Source of the DNA: Octopus bimaculoides
Lineage: Eukaryota
DNA: 32,329 bases
NCBI RefSeq assembly: GCF_001194135.2
Contig: NC_069006.1
Location: 23,492,599 to 23,524,927 of the forward strand
Reading direction: 5' to 3'
Shown piece after piece: positions 11,036 through 20,022 of the stretch (its first letter is position 1; every line of letters starts with the position of its first letter). The translations under genes were made by a program, and so were the position numbers. The notes under the pieces are model-generated. The model had not been told where the DNA came from. It did no database searches and saw nothing but the letters and a program-made list of their open reading frames with translations.

Positions 11036-11885
11036 AAGCATGGTTACCCTTGCATAGATTGAAAAAAAAAATGGTGATTGGCCTTCACCGATTTTTTAAT
11101 TGTTACTGGATTTTCATCAGAGGTGAAAGAAAGAAAAACTAATTTGCATATTACAAGTGTTTGACACCTTATATAACATCATCAGCCTGTCAACAGGGAT
11201 GTTAGTCCACACAAAATCAAGGTTTGATGTAATAATAATACATATAAACCTAGACATACAAATATGTCAATTTTACTTATTTCTCTGTAGATTGAAAAAA
11301 AAAAAGAAACACTGATAAATAGCTTTAAGGAAATTAATCTGATAGGAGGAAGGAGCCCGTGATTGGATGGCTATTGTAGAAGACAGCTGCCCAAGATGCC
11401 ATGCAGTGGGACTGAACACAGAACCATGTGGTTGGGAAGCAAGCTTCTTACCACATAGCCACACCTGTGCCCATACAGTTTTTCATATATATATATACAC
11501 ACACACACACACAAATGACTTAAGAGTCTACATTCTTTTGTTTTGAGTCAGTTGCCTAGTTTGAAACAAAGTCTTTCAGTGACTGTGACAACAACATCAC
11601 CACCATCACCATTCTTCCTCCTCCTCCTTCTCTTCTTTATTATTTCATTTATCAAACACTATTTCCTCTACTGCTATCTTCACCACTCAAAAACTTTTAA
11701 GGCCTACTTCATGAGTCATTGAGATAAATATTACACACACACAGACATCCGTGTACACAAACACATAACTCACATTATATATGTATATATATATATTTAT
11801 CTATGTATGTGGAAGTGTATGTATTCATGCACTTGCTGAAAAGTTCCTGGCTTTAAGGGTATTGTAAAACCAATGTGACTAAGCA

Positions 11886-12385
11886 CCATCATCATTTAAC
11901 GTCCGTTTTCCATGCTGGCATGGGTTGGATGGTTTGATCAGGGCTGGTAAGCTGGAAGGCTGCACCAGACTCCAGTCTGATTTGGCATGGTTTTTCTATG
12001 GATGCCCTTCCTAACCACTCCAAAGGTGCAATGGGTGCTTTTATGTGCCACCAGCATGGGTGCCATTTGTGTGATACCAGTATCTGCCACGACTGCAATT
12101 TTGATCAGCTTGATGGGTCTTCTCAAACATGGCATAATGTCAAAGGTCTTGGTCATTGCATCCATGAGGTCAAAGGTCTCGGTCACTGCATCCATGAGGT
12201 CAAAGGTCTCGGTCACTGCATCCATGAGGCCAAAGGTCTCGGTCATTGCATCCATGAAGCCAAAGGTCTCGGTCACTGCATCCATGAGGCCAAAGGTCTC
12301 GGTCACTGCATCCATGAGGCCAAAGGTCTCGGTCACTGCATCCATGAGGCCCAATACTCGAAAGGAGCTCAGCCACTTTGCCTAG
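11886..12385 (-). mobile_element. RTE-type 3' end fragment with (GAT)n tail and internal 30-bp tandem expansion
   Basis: Minus strand ends ccaacccatgccagcatggaaaaacggacgttaaatgatgatg and contains tttgagaagacccatcaag, homologous to the AVLEKTRQ region at 11001-11030. Related fragments at about 3880-4083 (+), 12510-12835 (-), 20915-21075 (-), 24668-24860 (-) and 31675-31885 (-). Confidence 0.75.
12141..12350. repeat. Minisatellite, 7 x 30 bp (CAAAGGTCTCGGTCACTGCATCCATGAGGC)
   Basis: Seven exact-length units with 0-3 substitutions each. Confidence 0.98.
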
Positions 12386-12849
12386 AATTCATGCTTCATC
12401 ACTCGATCGAGGCATCTGGCGTGAAAGAGTTACATTGGTCCTTGGCAAGTCGTCCGACCTGAATGGAAGGAAGGAAACAAAAGATTGATAACCCTAACAG
12501 CCAACATTGATGACGATGACGGTGATGGTGATCCAGAGGACTGCACCGAACTATACAGTGTGTTTCCGCATGATTTCTTTTGTTGGATGCAAACCACTTC
12601 ACAGAGTGTACTGGGTGCTTTTTATGTGGCATCAACATCAGCAAGGTCACCGAGTAACCCCACAAGACAAAGACAGCCCCCACCCACTTCAAATGATTGG
12701 GGGAGTCATACTGAGGAAGGTGGCTCTGTGCCAGATGATGACAAGTTAGAGTAAGACGGAGGGACAGAAACAGGAGTCTTGTTGTAGAAGAGAGACACGA
12801 CTGTCCCAACTGGAAAAAAGAGAGAGGCAAGCAGAGAGAAATAGTACAA

Positions 12850-12893
12850 TAACAACAGCAACAACATTTGAAAAGTAGTTATAAATATTTATT
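12850..12893 (-). terminator. Putative polyadenylation signal of MRPL57
   Basis: AATAAA at 12893-12888 overlaps the TAA stop. A CA dinucleotide at 12870-12869 is followed by a GT-rich tract TGTTGTTGCTGTTGTT. Confidence 0.55.
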
Positions 12894-13032
12894 CCCATTT
12901 TTTACTAACATTCAGAGATTTGAGGCAATCTTCAGCAACAACATGCTTATACCAGGTTTTTTGTCGTCTATGTCGAAGAAATTCGGTGTTTTTTTGAGCC
13001 TTGTGTTCGCTCATATGATTGATTTCTTCTTC
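12889..13032 (-). CDS. MRPL57: Mitoribosomal protein mL63, coding exon 3 of 3 (with stop)
   Basis: Acceptor tttttag|GAA, 144 nt, EEEINHMSEHKAQKNTEFLRHRRQKTWYKHVVAEDCLKSLNVSKKWE*. C-terminus LNVSKKWE matches the mL63 ending LNVTKKWS. Total 107 aa. Confidence 0.92.
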   Translation of the reverse strand, partial: EEEINHMSEHKAQKNTEFLRHRRQKTWYKHVVAEDCLKSLNVSKKWE

Positions 13033-13544
13033 CTAAAAAGAAAACAATATTTCAAAACAACATTTAAGACAGACACATTCAGGAAATTCCTTTTAATTAC
13101 ATGACTGCCTATCGTTTACTTAGAAAACTGTTTAGCATCAAATCCATGCAGAATTGTTCAGTTAAATGCATATGCAGGACTTGTCGATTTTGGTTAATTG
13201 CATATATTCTTTTATTCTTTTCCTTGTTTCGGTCATCTGTGTGTGTTGGTGTCTCCCTCCTTGCCTTGTCATTGCGTGACAGTTGTAAATGAGCATCTCT
13301 GTCATACAAACAGTGTCTTTTGTTTCTAACCTGTAAAAATCATGTCTGGTTACGGAGCACCATCTTAAAGGATTTTAGCCAAACAACTCAACGCCCAGGA
13401 CTTATTCTTTGTAAGCCTGGTACTTATTTTATCAGTCTGTTTTGCCAGACAGCTAAATTACAGGGACATAAACACACCAACATTGGTTGTCAAGCGATGG
13501 TAGAGGGGGGAGACAAACACATACGACAGGCTTCCTTCAGTTTC

Positions 13545-13770
13545 CTATTTCTTTATTGCCCCCAGGGGGCTAAACATAGAGGGAACAAACAAGGACAAAG
13601 GGATTAAGTCAGTTACATCGACCCCAGTGCGTAACTGGTACTTAATTTATCGACCCCCGAAAGATGAAAGGCAAAGTCGACCTCGGCAGAATTTGAACTC
13701 AGAACGTAACGGCAGACAAAATACTGCCAAGCATTTGCCCGGTGTGCTAACGATTCTGCCAGCTCACCAC
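13545..13770 (-). mobile_element. Full-length SINE family A variant with 14-bp target-site duplication, nested in a family B SINE
   Basis: CTTCCTTCAGTTTC at 13531-13544 and 13771-13784 flanks the element. Head is the same as in the arrays but the 3' tail differs. Confidence 0.9.
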
Positions 13771-14650
13771 CTTCCTTCAGTTTCTGTCAACCAAATTTAA
13801 TTGGCCCAAGGCTATAGCAGCAGAGACCTGCTTAAGGTGCCACGCAGTGGGACCGAACCTAAGATTGTGCGGTTTGGAAGCAAATTTCTTACCGCACAAA
13901 CATGCCTGCATCTAAATGTAGCCAAATTATTTTACCATTTCAATAAATTAAAAACTCTCAAACTCTAGATACTGGGGGAGTTTTTTTTTTCATTTTATTT
14001 TAAATTGTATAAATTTTCTTCTTCAATCAATAAATTCTGTTTCTCTGTTGTAGATAAAATTTGTATTTAAAAAAAAGAGAAAAAAAGCTTTTTTTAAAAT
14101 CAAATGGATAATGAATGTTATTTTGTTTGTCTGTCATTACACACTTACATAAACCTGTAATTAACCTAATTAAATGTTTCTTAACTGCAGTGATCCTAAT
14201 TATTACCTTTGACTAATTCAAAGAGTGTGAAAGCCACAATTTGGTTATGTGTGAATGATTGAAAACTTCATTCAGTTGTTTTACATCTGTATTTCCATGC
14301 TGGCATGGGTTAGATGGAAATGTATTGAGGTAGTGGTCAATCATGGTGCTATTTTCAGTTTCTGTCAACACAATTGACTCGTAGGACCCTGGTTCTCATG
14401 GAGCTATAGTTCCAAGGTGCAACACAGTAGGACTGAACCCCAAACCATGTGATTGGGAAGAAAAATTCTCAGCCACACCTTGAAAGACTATCAAAAGTGA
14501 ATTAAAAATCCCCATAGGTGACAGTTCAACAGATTGCTGTGTCAATATATTTCAATAAAAAAACAGGTTTGACTGAAGGATAAGTAAATCGTGTTACACA
14601 AAATATATTTTCTTTACATGGCTATTCACTCGACGCTCCAATATCTTTAA

Positions 14651-15059
14651 CCTTTTAGCATTCAAACCAGCCATATCAAATCTAATATTGTCTGTTTAAC
14701 ATTCAAGCCGACCAGATCCAGCCTCTCACACTCACCCTACACTACCTTTCTAAAAGTAAAACAATTACGTCATCAGAATTTCAAACCAATGCCTGATTAA
14801 TTGAAAACAATGTGAATAGATAAGGATTACATTTGACAGAGTAATCCGATTGCTGAAACACCAAACCACACATACCCAAATATTTTTCCTGTTTTATGCT
14901 CAAACCGGTTAGATCTGGCCTCTCACAGCCACCCTACAATGTCATTCTAAAATAATTCCATCATCGAAATCTCCAAGACACGAGATAATACATGATTAAT
15001 TGAAAACAATGTGAAGAAACAAGGATTACATTTGACAGAGTAATCCGATTGCTGAAGGG
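14651..15059. mobile_element. piggyBac-like MITE (internal dimer) flanked by TTAA
   Basis: TTAA|CCTTTTAGCA ... TGCTGAAGGG|TTAA; two similar ~200-bp internal units. Related copies at about 4975-5170 and 5478-5876. Confidence 0.7.
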
Positions 15060-15680
15060 TTAAAGATGTCCAAACGAGGTTTTACAAGCGAATAGGAATG
15101 GATTAACTCAGTTCTGTGATTGGAGGGGTATCAATAAGTGACTTTTTTTTTTCTTTCTTTTTTTTTTACACACCCGTTAGCCCTGTTAAAAAATTCTCAT
15201 GGACCAAGGGCACCAAATTTGGTTTCCTTTGCTTGGAATATTCCATTGTTACTCATGAACAACAGCCATAGTATAAAATGTGTCTAGTTTTTGGAGTCTT
15301 GAGGTGCCCTGGTTGACACTTTGAACAATTCATGTAAAACAATGTAATATTTAAGAACTAGCTGGCCCCCATGCCGTCAAAAATTTCAACTAATTGTAGT
15401 ATTTTATATATAAATATGGATGGGAAATCAAATTAATACACTTGTCAATGTTCACATACTTCCTTGTACAAGCACACACACACACACAGTGTTGAAACAC
15501 TGATTTTTCTTTTCAGTGTTGAATGTTTACCATCCCACTTCCATTGCGTGCACACACATTCACATACCTCCCTTTTACCTACACACATACTCACAGAGTT
15601 GAAACACTCCCACTACCAGTTTGCCATCACCCCTTCCTTCGTCATTCATATGTTGTGACAGAGATTATTATAGTAGATGC

Positions 15681-15808
15681 TAAGGTAGCAAGCTGACAGA
15701 ATTGTTAGCATGCTGGGCAAAATGGAATTTGAACTCAGAACATAGTGATGAGCAAAGTATCACTAAGCATTTTGTCCAGCGTGTTAACGATTCGGCCAGC
15801 TTGCCACC

Positions 15809-15810
<2 letters not shown>
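15681..15810. mobile_element. Two inward-facing SINE family A heads forming an inverted repeat
   Basis: About 43-bp arms near 15681-15723 and 15768-15810, followed by (AAT)n. Confidence 0.8.
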
Positions 15811-15843
<33 letters not shown>

Positions 15844-16089
15844 GACTCTCTCTCTTCTGGTATGCAAATAACATTAGATAGATCTACATGGCCACCAAAC
15901 CAAAATTGCCAATCTCACTCAAGTCAAACTGCTTTGTTAAAAATATGAAAAAATACATTGAATGATATATTTCTAAGACAATGCCTGAAAAACTGACAGG
16001 ATGGGCATGTTAGTAACATTTTTAAACACAGGTTAGTTCAGTCAGGTTGTTGTTACAAGAAAAGCAATAAAATAAAAGCAACACCATAC

Positions 16090-16201
16090 CTGGGAGAGAA
16101 ACGACTTCGACAGGATGGCCAGGTTGTTCCTTTCTCGTAGAAGATCTTCTAGGGCTTTTTTCTTCATTCTTTCAGTAATGTAAGGGTAGAGACGAACCTT
16201 C
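16090..16201 (-). CDS. MRPL57: Mitoribosomal protein mL63, coding exon 2 of 3
   Basis: Acceptor ttttcag|G, 112 nt, (G)KVRLYPYITERMKKKALEDLLRERNNLAILSKSFLSQ, donor CAG|gtatgg (phase 0). Aligns with the mL63 segment ending LSMPYMTREQE. Confidence 0.92.
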
Positions 16202-16501
16202 CTGAAAAACAAAACAGGAAATGAAATAGAAGAACAAATAAATAAGATTGCATAAATAACCATGTGACTGAATTCTTTGAATGGGAACCTGTTTCAATAT
16301 TTTTATAACACGACTGACAGTTTCAATTTAATAGCAAGCTTAGACCAAAGTGAACCTGTGCTCATAAACTATGAATAAATTTGATACAATAAATAAAATG
16401 TATTAAACTGTAAATAAATATTTCCTAACACATCACTGATAGATTTTTAAACTAATGAAGTAGTTTAATTCAAATTACAAACAATTTATTCTCAAACGCA
16501 G

Positions 16502-16663
16502 AAATGCTGATAAAATAGCAGGATAAAATCTCCATATTTTGCGGAAAAGTTTGTCAGCAACCAGTCATGAGACTGAAAACCACATCCCTTTGATTATCAG
16601 TCAAGTGCTGACAAATTTTTCCACAAAATATGGGGATTTTATCCTGCTGTTTTATCAGCATTT
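16502..16663. repeat. Foldback with 58-bp arms
   Basis: 16502-16559 vs 16606-16663, 4 mismatches. Confidence 0.95.
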
Positions 16664-16801
16664 GAAAATAAATTATTTCTTTATCTGTATCTCACAATAC
16701 ATCTCAACACTTCTAAAAGCAAACATTGTTTACATTTAACGTAATTTGAATTTAACCTACAGCGTCTTATATCCTAGCATTATAAGTTCAGAAATTGCAA
16801 T

Positions 16802-16915
16802 GGGCAGTCTAGCTTAATTGGTAAAGCACTTGAGCGGCAACCAAAGGGATTTGAGTTCGAGTCTCATGGCTGGTTGCTGACAAATTTTTTTGCAAAATAT
16901 GGATATTTTATCCTA
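16802..16915 (+). mobile_element. tRNA-like SINE head with intact A and B boxes plus short AT-rich tail
   Basis: TAGCTTAATTGG (A box) and GAGTTCGAGTC (B box). D, anticodon and T arms are partly foldable but the acceptor stem is imperfect. The same head and tail recur inverted at 16502-16609. Not called as a functional tRNA. Confidence 0.7.
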
Positions 16916-17487
16916 CTGATCTATGTATAATTATCATCTGGCAGATGAATAGAATATGCAAAGCTCAGACCAAAGTCTTGAGTGGATTTTACAGACGGAA
17001 ACTGAAACGTCGTACATAACGTGCCTGTTTTCCTGCGTTTGTCCCCAACCACCACTTGACAATTTGTGTTGGTTTGTTTACGTCCCTATAACTTAGAGGT
17101 TCGGCAAAAGGATCGATAGAACAATTATAATAAAGACACTTGTTCAGTGGGACTGAACGCGAAACAATGTGGTTGGGGAGTAAGCTTCTTAACCACACAG
17201 CCACGCCTATGCCTACAGAAAATAATCATAATGATAATTTGTTTCTCAGATTAATTAGTTCTTAGGAGAAAAAATAATTATCGTTTCTATTTTTTTTCTA
17301 ATTTGACGAATCAATGAATCAGTCATTGAATGCGCTCTTCAATGAAGGGAGGGAACTTTGTTGGTTTAACCTTTTGAATCTTTGTTAATGAGAGATGTCC
17401 TTCAAATCAAGAGGAGATAACTCTGCAACAGAGGAGGTAACTTCGCAAAAGCTAGAAAATTTAATAAATCTTTGATCAAACTAAAAC

Positions 17488-17715
17488 GTTTGACCCGGAC
17501 TCAAAAACAAAAAAAAAAGTTAGTCTAATAGGTGTAAAAAAAAAAAAACTTGCTGTGATCGAATATGAAAAAAAAATGCGTGCTCGCGAACGGTGGGTGG
17601 GGAGAGGACTCGGAACATTCACATGGTCAGTCCATGGCCTCTAAACTATAGTGTTTGACCCAAGCTCAAAAACAAAAAATAATTAGTGTAATAGGTGTAA
17701 AACAACTTGCTGTGA
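17488..17715 (+). repeat. Direct repeat of about 65-70 bp in MRPL57 intron 1
   Basis: gtttgaccc...ctcaaaaacaaaaaa...aataggtgtaaaa...acttgctgtga at about 17488-17558 and 17653-17715. Confidence 0.85.
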
Positions 17716-17805
17716 ATATATATGTGTGTGTGTGTGTGTGTAAGAGTAAATTGCCTGCGTCGCTTCGGTGAACTTTAGGAGAGTGCTATTAATGTTTCTG
17801 ACGGT

Positions 17806-17963
17806 CTAGGGCGGCCATGGGCAAAATGACGCCCACGGAACTTCCTGAAATGGTATACTAAACAAAAAAATAACTTGAATTTGGTGGCGGGGTTGCGATG
17901 CGGCCCGCCTGACGAGTCATGTCTCATGCAGCCCGCAATTCGAGAAAGGTTGCCTATGTCTAG
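17806..17963. mobile_element. Probable hAT-like MITE relic (CpG-rich)
   Basis: Ends CTAG..GGCCATGGGCAA / TTGCCTATGTCTAG; internal ATGCGGCCCGC and GCAGCCCGC subterminal motifs. Confidence 0.45.
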
Positions 17964-18027
17964 TTTGGGGGCCATAGAAAAAATTAAGATTGGAGACTAG
18001 CTAGAAGAAGGTTGGGGCGAAAGGCGA

Positions 18028-18125
18028 AGGTAAAGAATACGCACACTCGGTGTTAAGGGTTCGAATTACGTCGAAAACGAATGGTGTGCGTATCCTTTAC
18101 CTCCCACCAGGTTGGGAACCACTGC
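18028..18125. mobile_element. hAT/Charlie-like MITE end with internal 19-bp inverted repeat
   Basis: AGGTAAAGAATACGCACAC / GTGTGCGTATCCTTTACCT (1 mismatch), then GGTTGGGAACCACTG. A similar opposite terminus (AGTGGCTCTCAAC) lies at about 20160. Confidence 0.55.
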
Positions 18126-18419
18126 ATTAGATAATACAGTCGTGCGTGCCACTAAAAAAAAAAAAAGATGTAGTCACAGCCGGAATGTCCTTGACATCTT
18201 ATAAGCTAGATACTAGGGCTGTTCGGTGAAGAATAGCCTCAGAATAAACAACAACGAAGGGGACCTTTATACGGTCACGCAATAGCTAGAAACAGCAGAT
18301 TATCTTAGGTAATACTCTACTGTATTTAAAATAACACAGAGGAGTATGCGGTCCTATATAACTGCCTTAAGAAGAAAAAAAAAGGTAAATTTTCAGATTA
18401 ACACCCGCACGATCTTCAA

Positions 18420-18478
18420 TAGGGTGTTAGGGTTAGGGTTTAGGGACGGAATTCCCTAAGCTTAACCCTAACACCCTA
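18420..18478. repeat. Palindrome of telomere-like (TTAGGG) repeats
   Basis: TAGGGTGTTAGGGTTAGGGTTTAGGGA-cggaat-TCCCTAAGCTTAACCCTAACACCCTA. Confidence 0.9.
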
Positions 18479-18625
18479 GTGGAGCATCTTTAAGCTTAGG
18501 TTTGCTTGGGTCAGGGTTAGCCGAAACAACAACTGAAAAAACATATATATGTGCTGAATAACAATCAAAGTCATTAAATGTATTATTCAAACATTTCATT
18601 AGAAATATATTAATAAACCACCTAC

Positions 18626-18693
18626 CCTTTGGTTAAGTGTCCGGGAATGTGTTCGAGTTTCTTGAAGAAACAACAAACAAGCGTGAGTCTCAT
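18626..18693 (-). CDS. MRPL57: Mitoribosomal protein mL63 (MRP63), coding exon 1 of 3
   Basis: ACC-ATG at 18693, reads MRLTLVCCFFKKLEHIPGHLTK + GG, donor GG|gtaggt (phase 2). Joins exon 2 to give IPGHLTKGKVRL, comparable to human mL63 IPGRQWIGKHRR (recalled). Confidence 0.9.
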
Positions 18694-18943
18694 GGTTCTG
18701 TCAGTTCACCATTTTATGGAGTAGAATTAGAATCTTTAGTTTCGTAAAAACAGCGTGGATTTTTAAAAAATTATAAAACAAAGATGATAATTTCAAAGTC
18801 TGAAATATCCTGCTAAATAACACTAAAGTAGATTTTTGTATATTCTAAACAAGCTTCAATAATGAGACATATTTTAAATGCTTATAAAAAAAAAAAAACC
18901 AAATGTGTATTTGTTAATACTAAAAGTTGTCTCTGTTTTCAAA
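18694..18943. promoter_or_regulatory. Putative bidirectional promoter and 5' UTRs shared by MRPL57 and MRPL44
   Basis: 250 bp AT-rich spacer between divergent ATGs. It has an AAAATGG core pointing outward at each end (18716-18710 region on minus; CAAAATGGCT at 18940-18949 on plus) and an A-tract at about 18885-18898. Upstream non-coding exons cannot be excluded. Confidence 0.7.
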
Positions 18944-19028
18944 ATGGCTTCCCATCGCATGTTTCTGTTTTGTACTCGAAATATTTCCCCATCGCTGCTT
19001 CGATTAGCAACGACGAAGAATCAACAGA
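18944..19028 (+). CDS. MRPL44: Mitoribosomal protein mL44, coding exon 1 (putative mitochondrial targeting peptide)
   Basis: AAA-ATG-G start; MASHRMFLFCTRNISPSLLRLATTKNQQ is rich in R/S/L/T and lacks acidic residues. Donor A|gtaatg, phase 1, compatible with exon 2. No recognisable homology, so assignment rests on phase, position and composition. Confidence 0.75.
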
Positions 19029-19354
19029 GTAATGTATTTCATTCTCTACTAATTCCTATTTCTTTTACGATTATCTTGTCAGTAATATTTCTTCCATTTG
19101 AAAGTCTTTATAAGCAATGAAGTCTCTCGTGTACTCCGTCATTTCGTGACCTTGTGCTTCAATATAAACATACTGAACTCCACCTGCTAGAAATAACAGT
19201 TAAAATCTCTCTCGAATAATAACTTGCCGCATTTTTCTTTTTCTTTTTTTTAAGTGGAGAGAACGAATTTGGATGATATAGTGTAAGATTAAATGTGTCT
19301 GAAAAGACAAGATGGTCACAGATTGCCTTTAATCAGTGTAAGTCAGAGTGGGTG

Positions 19355-19680
19355 AAGGTGCGTGGGTTAGTGGTTAGCGTGCTCGGCTCACGATCGTAAG
19401 TCATGAGTGCGATACCTGGCAACGCATTGTGTCCTTGAGCAAGAATACTTTATTTCACGTTGTTCCGGTTCACTCAACTGGCAAAACTGAGTGGTACCTG
19501 TAACTCAAAAGGGGCCAGCCTTGTCACACTCTGTGTCACACTGATTCTCCCTGAGAACTACGTTAAGGTTACACGTGTCTGTGGAGTGCTCAGCCACTTG
19601 CGCGTTAATTTCACGAACAGGCTGTTCCGTTGGTCGGATTGACTGGAACACTCATCGTCGTGACTGACGGAGAACCAATA
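19355..19680 (+). mobile_element. tRNA-derived SINE family G (gtgtccttgagcaag core), MRPL44 intron 1
   Basis: A-box-like tgggttagtggttagcg, then cattgtgtccttgagcaag...gccagccttgtcacactctgtgtcac...gtggagtgctcagccacttg. Further copies at about 20366-20600 and 27226-27540. Confidence 0.8.
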
Positions 19681-19880
19681 CAAGTTAGAGCGGGTAAAAT
19701 GTGTAAACATGTGCTAAGAGCTACTGGCTGTCGTTCGAACCCTTTAGAAACAACAGCCAACTGTCCGTCAAATCACATTCTACCTTTCAACACTTTCTTC
19801 TGTATTAATTCTAAATCCTAAATTGTTTCTCCCTGATTTTATGTTGTTTTGTTTCATGTGTATTTTTTTTTTCTAAGCAG

Positions 19881-20022
19881 TTTTACCCATAATCCCCCCA
19901 AGTGTAACGATCGGCTGCCGCAATTATAACAAGTCCTTGTTCCCCTACGTCAGTGAACTGTACCGCAGGAGACTGAAAGTCGGACCTGAAAAGGAGAGAC
20001 ATCGCTCAGAATGGATCAACTG
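19881..20022 (+). CDS. MRPL44: mL44 coding exon 2
   Basis: Polypyrimidine tract + aagcag|; (I)LPIIPPSVTIGCRNYNKSLFPYVSELYRRRLKVGPEKERHRSEWIN(W); donor TG|gtgaga. RRSE..NW motif as in mL44. Confidence 0.9.

Noticed and set aside
11081-11130. Minus-strand hammerhead (CTGATGA with TTCACC/GGTGAA helix)
   Set aside because: No GAAA core half and no stem II. Similar partial hits at about 17909, 21450-21485 and 27757 also fail the spacing.
12141-12350. CRISPR-like appearance of 30-bp repeats
   Set aside because: Units are directly adjacent with no spacers, and the DNA is eukaryotic.
11938-12462. Long repetitive ORFs in four frames (GLMDAVTETF, ASMRPKVSVT, HCIHEAKGLG repeats)
   Set aside because: Produced by a stop-free 30-bp minisatellite inside an RTE-derived repeat; no splice signals or host-gene context.
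16802-16876. Functional tRNA gene
   Set aside because: Acceptor stem mismatched, anticodon loop differs between the two local copies, and it is fused to a repeated tail, so a SINE is the better explanation.
17775-17975. CpG-rich ORF (MAPKLDIGNL...) or extra promoter in MRPL57 intron 1
   Set aside because: Ends and internal GCGGCCCGC motifs fit a hAT-like MITE relic; peptide not recognisable.
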